Shown here in pieces: positions 13,872 through 26,440 of a stretch of DNA of 64,000 nt (within the stretch, counting starts at the first letter, position 1; each line of letters opens with the position of its first letter). Source of the stretch: the human T2T-CHM13v2.0 reference genome, Homo sapiens; NCBI RefSeq assembly GCF_009914755.1, contig NC_060930.1; one strand, written 5' to 3'. A model generated the notes under the pieces. That model was not told the origin of the DNA. It searched no databases and saw only the letters and a program-made list of their open reading frames with translations. A program made the position numbers and the translations under genes.

Positions 13872-14292
13872 GCAACCCAAGTGTTCATTAACAGATACAA
13901 ACAAACTGTGGTCCATCCACACAACAGAATATGATTCAGCCTTTAAAAGGAAGGAAACGCTGACATGGGTTACCACTGGATAAACCTTGAAGACATAGTG
14001 CTCAGTGAAATAAGCCAGTCACAAAAGGATGAGCGCTGTGTGATTCCTCTTATAGGAAGCACTAAAGTAGGCAAATCCATAGAGACAGAAAGTACAGTGG
14101 AGGCTGCCAGGGTCACGAGAGGAGGAGTTATTGTTCAATGGGTAGAGTTTCCATTCACAAGACTAAAAAGCCCAGAGACGGATGGTGGTGACGGTTTCCC
14201 ACAGTGTGAATGTGCTTAACACCACTGGACTGTGTGCCTAAAATGATTAAATGGTTAATTTTATATTATATATATATTACCATAATTAAAAA
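13872..14292 (+). mobile_element. L1MB-like 3' end
   Basis: caacccaagtgttcatt...gaatatgattcagcctttaaaaggaaggaa...aaccttgaagacat..gtgaaataagccagtcacaaaagga...catagagacagaaagta. Confidence 0.85.
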
Positions 14293-14307
14293 GAATAGCA
14301 TCAGTAG

Positions 14308-14588
14308 GGCCAGCACAATGGCTCACACTTGTAATCCCCGCACTTTGGGAGGTCAAGGCAGAAGGATTGCTTAAGCCCAGAGGTTAGAGACCAGCCTGGG
14401 CAACATGGCGAGGCCCTGTCTCTACAGAAAATCAGCTGGGCATGGTGGCATCTGCCTGTAGTACAAGCTACTCGGGAGGCTGAGATAGGAGGATCATCTA
14501 AGCCCAGGAAGTTGAGGCTACAGTGAGCCACTGCACTCCAACCTGGGCAACAAAGCAAGAAGACCCTGTCTCAAAGGAAAAAAAAAAA
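14308..14588 (+). mobile_element. AluJ
   Basis: Dimeric Alu with ggattgcttaagcccag, gagaccagcctgggcaacatgg and A tail; flanking aatagca repeat. Confidence 0.9.
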
Positions 14589-15681
14589 TAGCACCAGCTA
14601 TTTTTAAAAAATCCCCCATGGAAGTCAGGAACACTTTTATTCACTACTTCCTCAGCATCACAAAAGGTGTTTCTTCCCCATCCTGGTCTCCCAGCCAAGG
14701 ATAAGCATTATAAATGCTGGTGCTTTGAGAGAAGTTGGGCTACTTCTAAAGTGGTGGTTTCTGTTTAAGCCTGGAATTTGCTCTCCCAGAGGATCAAGGA
14801 CCATGTTGAGGCAGTCGGGCTGTGGAAAGCTCTGTGGCACCCCAGCACACTTTTGATTTCAACAGCATTGTCTCTAGCCGTCAAAGCATCCCTCTTTGGG
14901 CAGAAGTTTTCGATGACTGGCATTCTTTCACAATTCTTGCTCTATCAAATGTTTTTTAAAGCACCTCTGCCCATAAATGCAACACAAACAAGTTGCCCTG
15001 TGAGTCACAGGACGAGAGCACATGCTAAGTCCGCGTAATGATCTTTATGTAATTTGCCCCTTAGTCATTGTCTGGCCCATTAGGTAAACAGGCAGTGTGC
15101 ATTTCTTTGAAAATAAGGGTCTCTATAAAAACTGCCATTGTGAATAGACTGAGCAATAAAGCGCCCCACAAGGTGTTTAACTGAAAGGAATGTTTTAGAG
15201 ATAAAAGCAGGTTTGTTTTGAAGTCATTCAGGATAAAATATGAAACAGGATTTCCCCAAGTCCACCCTGGACATTGATTGTTTTTAAATTTCATAGGGAA
15301 AAAAAAATCACTGTGGCCTATCTGAGCCTTAGGGGCAAACGCTGAAGTCTCTCAGTGGATATCGACTTTGCACAGGAAAAAAGGCACTGAGACCCTGGAG
15401 GTGGAGCATGGAGCTCTGCCGCCTCGCTTCCTCTGTGAGCTCGGCCCTGGCATTCCTCACATCACTGCTGGCCCTTGAGTAACAGGCCCCACACTTTCAT
15501 GAATATAATAGAAAGAAAGCAGAATTCGGTCTTAAATGTAGTTGAAAGCCACATCGAGGAAGATGTGGTGAAATACCCCAGGAGATGCATTGAGCTTCAG
15601 AACGTGCACTGTGTGCCGGGCCCTAGCTTTCCCCAGCCTCCTCCTGATGAACTCTGGTTTCCTCTCATCCTTCAAGGCTTA

Positions 15682-16059
<378 letters not shown>

Positions 16060-16669
16060 TCATCTGGGCCTTCCTTGGTCATGCTAATCACATTGCATTG
16101 TAACTGTTGGCTAATCGGCTTGCTCCACTGGAATTTGAAGTTCTTTGATAGAGGGAATGTCTTTCATCTCTGTATCCGCAGTCTGACGCCTGGTGCTATA
16201 GATGCTAAGTAAATAAACGGTGCTGGACTTGGACCTGAATCGATCCATCACCGAGTATGTGTTGAGTGTCTATCTACAGCCCTGCTATGGGAAATGAAGA
16301 CATGCTTGTTTTCCCTAAAGAGCTTATAGCTTTGTTGGAGAAGCACTGCATAGGATACTATATCAGGCAAGAGAGGACACATTTGGATGACAGTTGCACA
16401 CTATAGACAAATTTCTCAAGTAACCCAGAAGAGATGGGATGGGAGCTCTTTTCCTGAAGGTAGCTGTATGGAACACTGATGAGGATCTTGAGCATTTGGG
16501 AGCCCAAAAGAGGGACAGGCTTGGATTGAGAGGGAAAGTAATGGGGAAAGGAACTCCATGAACTGCAGGACATGGAATGCAGCATTGTGAGCCTAATTTT
16601 GAACATTTAGTCCTGTGTTAAAAGGCTTGCTAGTAAAAAGCTTGTTTACTTATTAGTAAAAGGTTTTAC

Positions 16670-16840
16670 TAACTACATGAGCTTAGGTAAGCTGGGTGGA
16701 GGCTCCCTGCCTCCATTTCCTCTATAAAGTGGGACAATGATAGTAACAACCTCAATTTGTTTGTATGAGAATGAAATGGGACACTGCACAGGCACCCTTA
16801 GCATGCGCTGTGGACAGAGCTCTCTTCCTTACTAGCTGGT
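16670..16840 (+). mobile_element. MIR fragment
   Basis: ctccctgcctccatttcctctataaagtgggacaatgatagtaacaacctc...tgagaatgaaatg. Confidence 0.55.
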
Positions 16841-18873
16841 AGTATGCGCCAAGAGGGGATGAGCCCAGCCTATCTGTGGGAGAGTCATCAGGGCTTTTTG
16901 AGCATTGGTGCCCACCAAGAAGTGTGATGGGCCTGGATTATGAAGGGCTTCAAAAATTGGCAGATGAACTTCAACATGACGGGGAAGAAACAGGAAACCC
17001 TGGGAGGTATTCCCGTTGCCCCACTGAGGGTAGGGAGCTCAAGCCAGCATGGTCCAGGCTCTCCTCCCCTCATTCCTGACCACGTTTAATGCGTTCCTAC
17101 CTAGCTCACCAACATATCCAATGGGAGTTCCCACAAATTAAACGTTTTTCGCTAAGCCTGTGGTGCTTTGATTACTAAGTGGGGTTTTGTTTTGTTTCCA
17201 TTAACAAAGAGTGACTCAAATAGCCTAAAATAATAAAATCTTTTCTCATCTCTGACTTTGACTCCTTAACCTCAGCACAAATCACAAGACCCTTCTCAAT
17301 TTTCTCATCTTCAACATATAAATGATGCCAGCGCCTCCCAGGGCATTAGAAGGATTAGCATCTGTCAAAAATACTGGAAACCTTGGGACCTATGGCCCGA
17401 GAAGAGCTTTAGCAAGTATTTTATTTTTAAAAAAGAGCATAAACAGGCTGACTCCCTCTGCATCTTGCTACTTCTGAGGTCTATGCAGTTCTGCACTTTT
17501 CTCTTTTCTATTGTTATGTATTTGATTATCCCTTACAGAGTGGGGTGGTTTTCCTGCTAAACACCATCGTGTATGCAGTTATTTTCCTCCCCTCAGCTCC
17601 CCACAGTATTCCTCTGCTGTTCCAAATGTCCATGATTCTTTCAAATCATGGAAACTAAGATCCTGTCTGTCACTAGCTCTCAAAAAGTTTTAATTTCTAC
17701 CTGCATGGGTGGTAGTCTGCAACCAGCTCCTGTGGGCTCAGGAGAGCCAACTGTTACATTTTCAAGAATCTGTGCACTGGTTGTGGACAGTCACTTGAGA
17801 TCACCCGTGCATGCATGGGAACATTTACACCATGAAAAATGTCACATGCTACAAATCAGGGCCTGGTTTGTTGTTTTGTCAATTGTCTAGACATAAGATA
17901 GTGATAAAGTGTTAATAGATTAAGCTATTAAAATAATAGATTGGAGACTGAATTTTAAAATGTATCTTGTCTGGGGACATCACATTGTGAATAGCACAAA
18001 ATAGCTAAGGAGATATTCCTCCAGAATTTGAAAGCCACTGTTGAATTCTGCAAAGAGGCTGTTCACATCGTGTCTTCATTGTTTCACCTTCATCTCACTT
18101 GCTAACAATAAACAAAATATCAACCAACATTCACACGGGAACCACGTGCTGGGAGACATTTGGTAACCATCTACCAGCACGCCACTGCATCTGTTGCCTT
18201 TGGGTCCTAGGGCAGAATTCCTTGGGGAAGGATGGCATTGTTCATTTCACTCCTGTGGGGCCGGCCCTCCTCAGCATGCATGCCCAGAGCTGACCCTTCC
18301 CCTGGCCACAGACCCAACCTCTAGGCATAAGATTAAACCTGGCATTTCAAGAAGCAAATGGGGCCCCTGAAGATCTCTTGTGGGTACCATCAACTGCTGC
18401 CTTCTCTGCTCACAGGCTTTGGAATTTGAGAATTTCCCAACAGTGAGATGCCTCTGAAATTATGAAATGAATAGGAATACATCTTAAGCAGGTAATATAT
18501 AAATAATGGGAAGGAAAACATTCCCTCAGGCTGGGCATTATCAAATATTTAAGACAAACTTTAACGACAGTCAACTTGGCCTCATTTTTCTATGTGCTCT
18601 GTCTGACACATTCAGAAAACTTGCACCTGGGCACAAAGTTGTTCGTCCAAACTCACTGCCCCTGTTATTGGCTAACTGGAAGGGCTAGGATCCAGCCGTG
18701 CTTGGAATTAGGCAATTGCCATTGTAATTCCTTTACTAAGAACAATGACCATTTTACATCGCACTTAGAGTTTTTCAGGTAGGTTATAGGCAGCATGTAT
18801 TTATTCTTTTCAATAACCTCACATATCACGCCCTTTTTACAGATGATGAATGGAACAAAGAGAGCACTGAGCC

Positions 18874-19200
18874 AAAGCGGAGGCTGTCTAGTCAAGGTCT
18901 CCACCTGCCGCGGGACTGGGGAGAACGGTGTGGCCTCAAGGTCTCCACCTGCCGCGGGACTGGGGAGAACGGTGTGGCCTCAAGGTCTCCACCTGCCGTG
19001 GGACTGGGGAGAACGGTGTGACCTCAAGCATATAGCACCATAGCACTCCTGGGCTGAAAGCAGAGGCTGTCTAGTGAAGGTCTCCACCTGCCATGGGACT
19101 GGGGAGAACTGTGTGACCTTAAGGTCTCCACCTGCCGCGGGACTGGGGAGAACTGTGTGACCTCAAGCATATAGCACCATATCCCTCCTGGGCTGAAAGC
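18874..19200 (+). repeat. Nested tandem repeat: 44-bp unit (3+2 copies) inside a duplicated larger block
   Basis: Unit tcaaggtctccacctgccgcgggactggggagaacggtgtggcc at 18892, 18936, 18980, then two more copies after a repeated aaagc-gaggctgtctagt leader; trailer catatagcaccata..ctcctgggctgaaagc occurs twice. Confidence 0.95.
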
Positions 19201-19561
19201 CAGCAGCAGCCCCCGCTGTCCATTAGATGAAGTCCAAATTCTTTAGCAAGACATACGAGCAGTTCCTCATCAGATGCAAAATCTACTTCACTTGTCTCAT
19301 TTCCCACTCTTTCCCATTTTCCTAAAAGCACTGGGCTCCAGCCACACAACTCTATGCTATTCCCCGTATACAACTTACTCAAATGCACCACCAAGTTTTG
19401 CAGATGGCCCTTGGCCAGACGCCCTCCTCCTTCCTCATTTTGAAAACATTCACTTAACTGAGCTCAGCTGTCATGACTCCAGAATGATCTCCCCTAAGGT
19501 CTTCAGGTAAAGTGGGTCACTACAATTCAGGTACAGCAAGGCAAAATTGTCTCCCATATTA

Positions 19562-20497
19562 CAGTTGGCCCTCCATATCCATGGGTTCTGCATCTATGGA
19601 TTCAACCATCCACAGACAGAAAATATTTTTTGGTTGCTTCTGTACTGAACTTGTACAGACCTTTATTTCTTGTCATTATTCACTGAACAATACAACAACT
19701 GTTTACCTAGCCTTTACATGTATTAGTTATTCTAAATAATCTAGAGATGATTTAAAGTACACAGGAGGGTGTTTCTAGGTTATATGCAAATACCATGCCA
19801 TTTTATATCAGGGACTTGAGCATCCATGGATTCTGGCATCCAAACAGGTTCCTGGAACCAATCCCCCTGTAAGGAACATGGTTGTACTTTGGTCAAGGAT
19901 AGGCAGAGATAAACATCCAGAATGACTCCACGAGTTTAGAGTGCAGGTGCATAATTCCACTTGCTATCACAGCCATGTAGCCATAACACGGGAAGGCTCA
20001 TCATTTGACTCTAAGCCACTATTGCCTGTAAAAAGTATAATTGTCCTGCTGACACTGTACAGATGCTTACGCCCAGAGAAAGGAAGAGGGCCAAAGCTGT
20101 CCATCTTGCAGACGGACAGGAGGGAGCCAGGACACAGCTCGGCTTGCTTGTGCCCAGAGAGAGAAAGAGTGAAGCTGCTGAACCCGAAGGCAGGGGAGAG
20201 CCAGCCACACAGTTGTGGGTGGGAGCCACTGGACTAAGCAGCCAAGACAGGGTGAACAGTGTAGGAAAGCTGCTGATGAGAGGACAAAGTAAAAGAGCTA
20301 ATATAAGTAAGCTGTTTATGAGAGCTGCTGCTGAATAAAACCACATTGCACTTGCCTACAGCCCCCCAAGTGTTCTTTCAGCTATCTACTCATCGACTCA
20401 CTCCCTCCGGACCTCAGCATGGGCTGAAACCTGACCCCAAGGGTGACATTTGGTGTAGTCATGGACCTGACACCCCACAGACACTGAAGGATGACTG
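19562..20497. mobile_element. MER2 (TcMar-Tigger MITE) split by an LTR insertion at 19868-20472
   Basis: Termini ta+cagttggccctccatatccatggg... and ...cactgaaggatgactg+ta; internal ttttatatcagggacttgagcatccatggatt. Confidence 0.85.
19868..20472 (+). mobile_element. ERV solo LTR, LTR18 (HERV-S/HERVL18)-like
   Basis: TG...CA ends (tgtaaggaacatgg ... cctgaca) flanked by cccc on both sides; AATAAA at 20334; family name from recalled consensus start. Confidence 0.7.
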
Positions 20498-20640
20498 TAT
20501 ATTATTATTGGGTTATTCCTTATATGTTCATCTTTGCAATTAGACTATGAACTGATCTAACGTGGAAATGGTTTCTCACTCATCTTTGTATCTTCCCCTG
20601 CCTCTGAGAACCAGGTATGTGCTCAAAACTGCCTGTGGGC

Positions 20641-21205
20641 ATTGCAATAGCAAAGATATGGAATCAATATAAGTGTCCATCAATGGATGAGTGGATAAAG
20701 AAAATGTGGTGTATATACACAATGGAGTACTACTCAGTCATAAATGAGAATGAAATCCCATCATTTGCCACAACATGGAACTGGAGGTCATTAGTTAAGT
20801 GAAATAAACCAGGCACAGAAAGACAAATATTGCGTCCACCATTCATAAATGGGAGCTTAAAAAGTTGATCTCACAGAAGCAGAGAGTAGAATGATGGTTA
20901 CCAGAGGCTGGGAATGGTGTGTAGGTGAGGGGTGGAAATGAAGAGAGGTTGGTGAATGGCTCAAACACTCAGTTCCATAGAAGAACTAAATTCTGATTTT
21001 CAATAGCAGAGTAGGGTGTCTATAGTTAACAACAATGTATTGACTATTCCAGAATAGCTACAAGGCAGGACTTGAAGTGTTCCCAACACATAAATCCACA
21101 AGGTGATGGATTTTCTAAATACTCTGACTTGATCATTACACATTCTATGCATGTAACAAAATATCACAGGTACCCCGTAAATATGTACAAATATTATGTA
21201 TCAAA
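20641..21205 (+). mobile_element. L1MA-like 3' end
   Basis: aagatatggaatcaa..aagtgtccatcaatggatgagtggataaagaaaatgtgg...gacttgatcattacacattctatgcatgtaacaaaatatcaca. Confidence 0.9.
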
Positions 21206-21599
21206 ATGGTTTTGTGAAACTGCCTGCAAGATGAAAAACTGAACTTGGCCTGTCTAAGGATGGCTACAGGTATTCAGTTCTGGTCCCTTTGACTGAGGCA
21301 TTGGAGCAGCTGAGAGGATGTCTCAGGCCTCCTGTGGGTGGAACACCCCTGGGCTGGCTGGGCACTGTTCCCCAGGCCCAGAGGACAGCTGTGTAAGGGA
21401 GAGAGAGCCTCCCTTTGGGAGAGTCGGGAGGAGCCCTCCCCACCATATGGGCTGGGAGAGGAGCGATTCCATGTCCTGGAAGGCCTTCTATGTTATCTCC
21501 ACCTATGGGAGTAAAATATCTGCCAACTAAATATTACATTTCTTTCCAAAAGTAGTTTGATATATTTTCCACAAAATCAGTTTGCATTTTGAAATTTTC

Positions 21600-21960
21600 T
21601 ATCCTGACTCAAAGTACCGCCATGACCCAATTGCCCAAGCCAGTGTGGACTCCTCCCAGCCACCCCCATCTCAGCATCAGGCTGGCCTCAAAGCCTGAAC
21701 TCCATGACCTCCTGAATTCCTCCCGTATCTGTCACCTCCTCTGTGTCCCCGTCGGCACACCTCAGGACAGGCGTCCCTCATCACTTCCCGGAGTCACCAC
21801 AGCCACCTCCACTTACCTCCTCATCGCATTAAAGCTCCTTGAACTTAATCCAAAAGCTTCAGCTGGCCCCCATTTCACATCAAATGAAGTCCAAAACCAA
21901 GATCTGGCATTCAAAGGCCATAATCCACTCGCCTATCTCTCTCATTGTGTCTCCTGCCTT
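21600..21960 (+). mobile_element. L2 LINE relic
   Basis: Pyrimidine-rich L2-like tract and aagtccaaa...tctggcattcaaaggcc. Confidence 0.45.
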
Positions 21961-22284
21961 CCCCCAAGAGAAGCCTCCTCCAAGGTGCACCCGAAGAGAG
22001 AACAGGCATTTGTCCAACAGGCTGTGTTTCTTCTCACCTCCTGTGCCTTGTTACGGTGCAGTGGTACAAGTGTGCGTCCAGACACCTAAGGAGGCCAAGC
22101 CACCCACGAGGTGTCAGCTTCAACATTTCCCCATGGGACCGTCCTTTCTAGGGAAAGCCCCCCTTGGGAGACCTCCGGCGATTTCTAAGACTTAAGAATT
22201 GTTTAGTGAGAGAAGAAGTTCTTGGAAATATTCATCACCAGAACATACATGTATCAAAATAAATTCTCCCATTAACAAACAAAG

Positions 22285-23045
22285 ATACACTATCTCACAT
22301 CATTAGGGTGCCTATTGTCAAAAATAAATAAATAAAAGACAGCAGAGAAATTAACAAGTGTGGGCAAGAATGTGAAGAAATTGAACCCCTGAGCAGTATC
22401 AGTGCGAATGTAACATGGTGCAGCTGCTATGGAAAACAGTGTGGTGGTGCCTCAAAAATTAAAAGTAGAATTATTACATGATCCAGCAATTTTGCTTCTA
22501 GCTACATTCACCCACAAGAATTGAAATCAGGGAATGAAAGAGCTACTTGTACACACATGTTCATAGCAGCATTATTGACAATAGCCAAAAGGTGGGAGAA
22601 ACCCAAGTGTCCATCAGTGGACGCATGGATGATCAAAACGCGGTTCTCCCCATTCAATGGAATATGATTCAGCGGTAAAAGGGAAAGAAATCCTAACACA
22701 CGCTACAATGTGGGTGAACCCGGAGGACATGGTACTAAGTGAAATAAGCCAATCACAGAAGGACAACTACTGTGTGATTCCACTCACATGAGGCTCCTAG
22801 AGTAGTTAAATGCATAGAGACAGGAAGCGGAATGGTGGTTTCCAGGGGCTGGGGGTCTGGAGAATGGGAAGTGCTGTTGAAAGAGCACAGAGTTGCCACT
22901 TGGGAAGATACAAAAGTTCTGGAGACGGGTGTTGGAGATGGTTGCCTAATGATGGGAATGCTCTTAATGCCATTCACCTGTACACTTAAAATAGTTAAGA
23001 TGGTCCATTTTGTGTTATGTATATTTGACCACAGTTTTTTAAAGA
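22285..23045 (+). mobile_element. L1MB-like 3' portion
   Basis: ggtgcagctgctatggaaaacagt..cctcaaaaattaaaagtagaatta..atgatccagcaatt...acacttaaaatagttaagatgg. Confidence 0.9.
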
Positions 23046-23889
23046 GTTATTCAAGAGACAGAATCAGAAGCATTTGGGGCTAAATAGGATTGAGAGAATT
23101 CCCCCATGCGGGGTTTTCACACTACATTCCTTTGCAGGCTTTTCCCACTTGTCCTCTCATATTTTTTAGTGCAACCATTAATGTCCATTTTCCTCATTAT
23201 ACTCTAAATTCTAGAAGGCTGGGACATGCCTGTCTTGCTGACTCTTACACCCAGTATCTGGTACACTGCCTGCCACTTATAGTATCATCCAGATGCCCCA
23301 GTAAGAGTTGGTGAAGTGGATCAGTTAAGCCATGGGGAGAAAACATTTGAAGAAGGAGTGAGCGACCCCAGACCACCAAGCTCTCTGAAAAGCTAAGTAA
23401 TATTATTTGGCCTAAAAAATATCCACTGGTTTAGAAACAAGTAGATAGCTTTTAAAAGTTAAGGGAGTCTTAGAACAATAATCTTGGTCATGAAAGCGAG
23501 AAGGAGAGAGTGGGAGGTCCAGGGAAAAGAGGCCTCAGTAGTGCAGTGGGTGAGTGGGTGACAGGTCTGAGAAGAGCAGTGTGATACATTTTCTTTAAAA
23601 TTTCAAAGGTAGAACAATTCCAGGTAAGGACAAGGACTTGCAATGGCCCCAGAAAATGGTAGCTTGAGTGGGGCAGAGGGGACAATTACTATTACGGAGG
23701 ATGTCAAGGAACCAACAGGCCAAGATTTGGGTGGGTCACTCAGCGGGACACTGACGTCACTCAAGGTGATTACAGGAAGACTGCAAGTCAGGTGTTAATA
23801 TGATCAGAGAAAACCCCAGGGAAAATATCTGCTGAGGAACAACATAGTAATTCAGAGCCCTACATCACAAAGAACAGTGAAATCCAATA

Positions 23890-24217
23890 CAGCAGCCACT
23901 AGACAGATGGGCTATTTAGATTTAAACTTGAGCCAGGCATGGTGCTGTGCATCTGAGTCCCAGATACTTGAGAGGCTGAGACAGGAGGATTGGTTGAGCC
24001 CAGGAATTCAAGACCAGCTTGTGCAATATGGCAAGAACTCATCTCAAAAATAATAATAAATTCGAACTAATCATCTATCATTAAATGAAATTAAGAAGGG
24101 TCAGTTGTCTACCTACATTTCAAGTGCCAAGAGCCACCTATGTCTTGCAGCTACCATATTGGACAGCCCAGGTCTAGAACATTCTGTAACTGCAGGAGAT
24201 CCTACTGGACAACACCA
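23890..24217. mobile_element. MER33-like hAT-Charlie element containing a FLAM/Alu monomer at ~23932-24060
   Basis: gcagccactag...acatttcaagtgcc..agccac..gctaccatattggacagc...tagaacatt; nested gccaggcatggtg..gagcccaggaattcaagaccagc. Confidence 0.7.
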
Positions 24218-24521
24218 CTTTCGATGTACCTGGAGGGAGGAGCAAGAAGCTGTTCCAGGCTTTTCCTCGGTGGTGCCTCCTCCTATCTACCCCTCTTCAA
24301 GGCAGGCTTGTAAAGAGTTCATCAAAAGAAGATTTCCTGAGAAGCCCCTTTCTGGGGAAGGAGGGCGTGACCACAGCAGGCCAGGGACAAAGGGATTCTG
24401 TTTGAGAAACTCCTCCAAGATAAGGCGCCACTACATAAAAGGATTCAGAAAGTCCAAGGGCTCTAGACCTACTCTGGAATGAAGTGAGAACCTGGAGGGA
24501 CTGGCTCATCAACTGACCCTC

Positions 24522-24622
24522 GATGAAATAATCTGTACAACAAACCCCCATGACACAAGTTTACCTATGTAACAAACCTGCACACGTACCCCTGAACTTA
24601 AAAGTTAAAATAAAGAAATAAA
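24522..24622 (+). mobile_element. L1PA (older) extreme 3' fragment
   Basis: gatgaaataatctgtacaacaaacccccatgacacaagtttacctatgtaacaaacctgcacacgtacccctgaacttaaaag. Confidence 0.9.
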
Positions 24623-24871
24623 TACATAATTTTTTTAAACGGTGGTTTGAAGCTCTGTGAGTAACGTAGAGAAACTTCATCGGGTTGTACTCTTCTGGTT
24701 TTTAAGAAATATTTTGGAAATTGTCTGCTGATGTTCAATATTGTTCTTTATAGAAAAATATATATCTGTTAGCATGTGAGTATGTGTATATACACATAAA
24801 TACACATATTATGATGTAAACAAGGTCATTAATAACACATTTATCCAACCTTAAAAATAAAAAAAGAAAAG

Positions 24872-25165
24872 AAAGCTAAGACCCAACATGAGAGTATTAA
24901 GTGGTAGAGCTTTTAGGAGATGATTAGGCCATAAGGTCTCTGCCCTCATGAATGGGGTTAGACCCTTATAAATGCACTCAAGGGAACTACCGAACTACCT
25001 AGGTCCAATTTGCCTTTCTGCCTTCTGCCATGTGAGGACACAGCAAGAAGGCACCATTTCAGAAGCAGAGAGCGGCTCTCGCCAGGCATCAAATCTGCTG
25101 GTGCCTGGATCCTGGACTTCCCAAGTATCCAGAACTATGAGAAAATAAAATTTCTGCTTTTTATA
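24872..25165 (+). mobile_element. MaLR LTR fragment (MSTC/MSTD-like)
   Basis: gccctcatgaatggg..ccttata, ccttctgccatgtgaggacacagcaagaaggcacc, atcctggacttccc..tccagaactatgagaaaataaa. Confidence 0.8.
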
Positions 25166-25235
25166 AAACAAACAGGCAAACAAAAAACAACTGATCCTCA
25201 GTAGCTTAGGGTGGAGGAGGTGGTGACTGTTAAAC

Positions 25236-25392
25236 CTGGCAGTTCTCAATGCTGGCTGCACGTGAGAATCCTTTAGGGGTGTCCACACTCCCTCCCAGAT
25301 CAAGGGGATCTGAGTCCTGGAGGCAGGGCCCAGGCGTTGACTGTGTGTTAGAGCACCTGATGATTCAAATGTGTAATCTGGATTGAGAACTC
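25236..25392. mobile_element. MER5-like hAT element
   Basis: cagttctcaatgctggctgcac..gaatc...gggcccaggc...tgattc.aatgtg...ttgagaac. Confidence 0.6.
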
Positions 25393-26294
25393 AGTTTAGT
25401 CCAACAAGACATGACTCCTGTTTTGGTCTTCTTTCCCTTCCATTTTTCTCCACAGGCATATACTGGTAACAAAAATGAGTAGAAAATCAGAATTCCTCTC
25501 TCCTAATTGGATATAAATCCTTGGTCAAGTATATTAATACAAAATTGGTGCTGTTGATGATTTTTAAATTGCTCTTAAAACATTTGGTGGACATTTCTTT
25601 AGCAATTTTCTCCTAGAAGCACTTGCTCTCCAGGTGGAGAGGATTCATACATCCTCTCTGTCTCCACTCCCCACTCTGCCTTGCAGCCACTCTGCTCTGG
25701 AAAGCACGGCTACTGTGTTTGTGTCGTTTCTGTAGACTTGTACAGTTTGCATGCATGGTTGACTCCATCACCAAAATTTACCTTCGAGCATTTGGCAGGA
25801 TCTACTCATGCTGAAAAAGTAAATAAAAAGTAGTTTGTTCTCTCTCTGCTTATGGAAACTATTTTAAGAATAACTGAATTGTGTACACATCAAAAAAACT
25901 ACCTTCTGCCACAATACTGGGCTGACCAGCAGTCAGTTGGAGAGCTATAGAATTTTGTGACTTGAAGAGACCTTGAACACATATGCCAATGACCTCATCA
26001 CACAGATGGAGCGCAGGGGCCTGAGGGGCTTGCCCAAGGGGAACTGATTAATGCTAGAGCTGAGACCTGAGCAGTTTCCCACCTCCCAGCCCTGACCTGC
26101 CACAGTGGAGGAGGAGGGCACTACCGAATTACTGAGGAAAACAAGGGTTTGCACTGTTCTTCATGCAATTTAATTTTAAAGTTGAAACTGTAAAGTTTTG
26201 CACTGAGCCACTTAAATGCTCTCCTACCCAGATCCTTTTAATGCAAATGGCAACTACCATTCTTTGCCATCCTCCTCCGAGAGCATTACTATTA

Positions 26295-26440
26295 TTGCCT
26301 CCATTCTGCAGGTTAGCTAACGGAGGCTTACAGACATGTCAACGTGCCCAAGTCACCCAGCTTGCAAGTGGCAGAGCTGATATTTGAGCCTTGATCTACC
26401 GAGTTTGAACCCAAGCTCCACAACTAGCAAGATACACTGC
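26295..26440 (-). mobile_element. MIR fragment
   Basis: ctccattctgcagg...gaggcttacaga...gcccaagtcacccagct..aagtggcagagctg. Confidence 0.55.

Noticed and set aside
23752-23759. Perfect CRE palindrome TGACGTCA
   Set aside because: A single 8-mer without supporting context is compatible with chance in 64 kb
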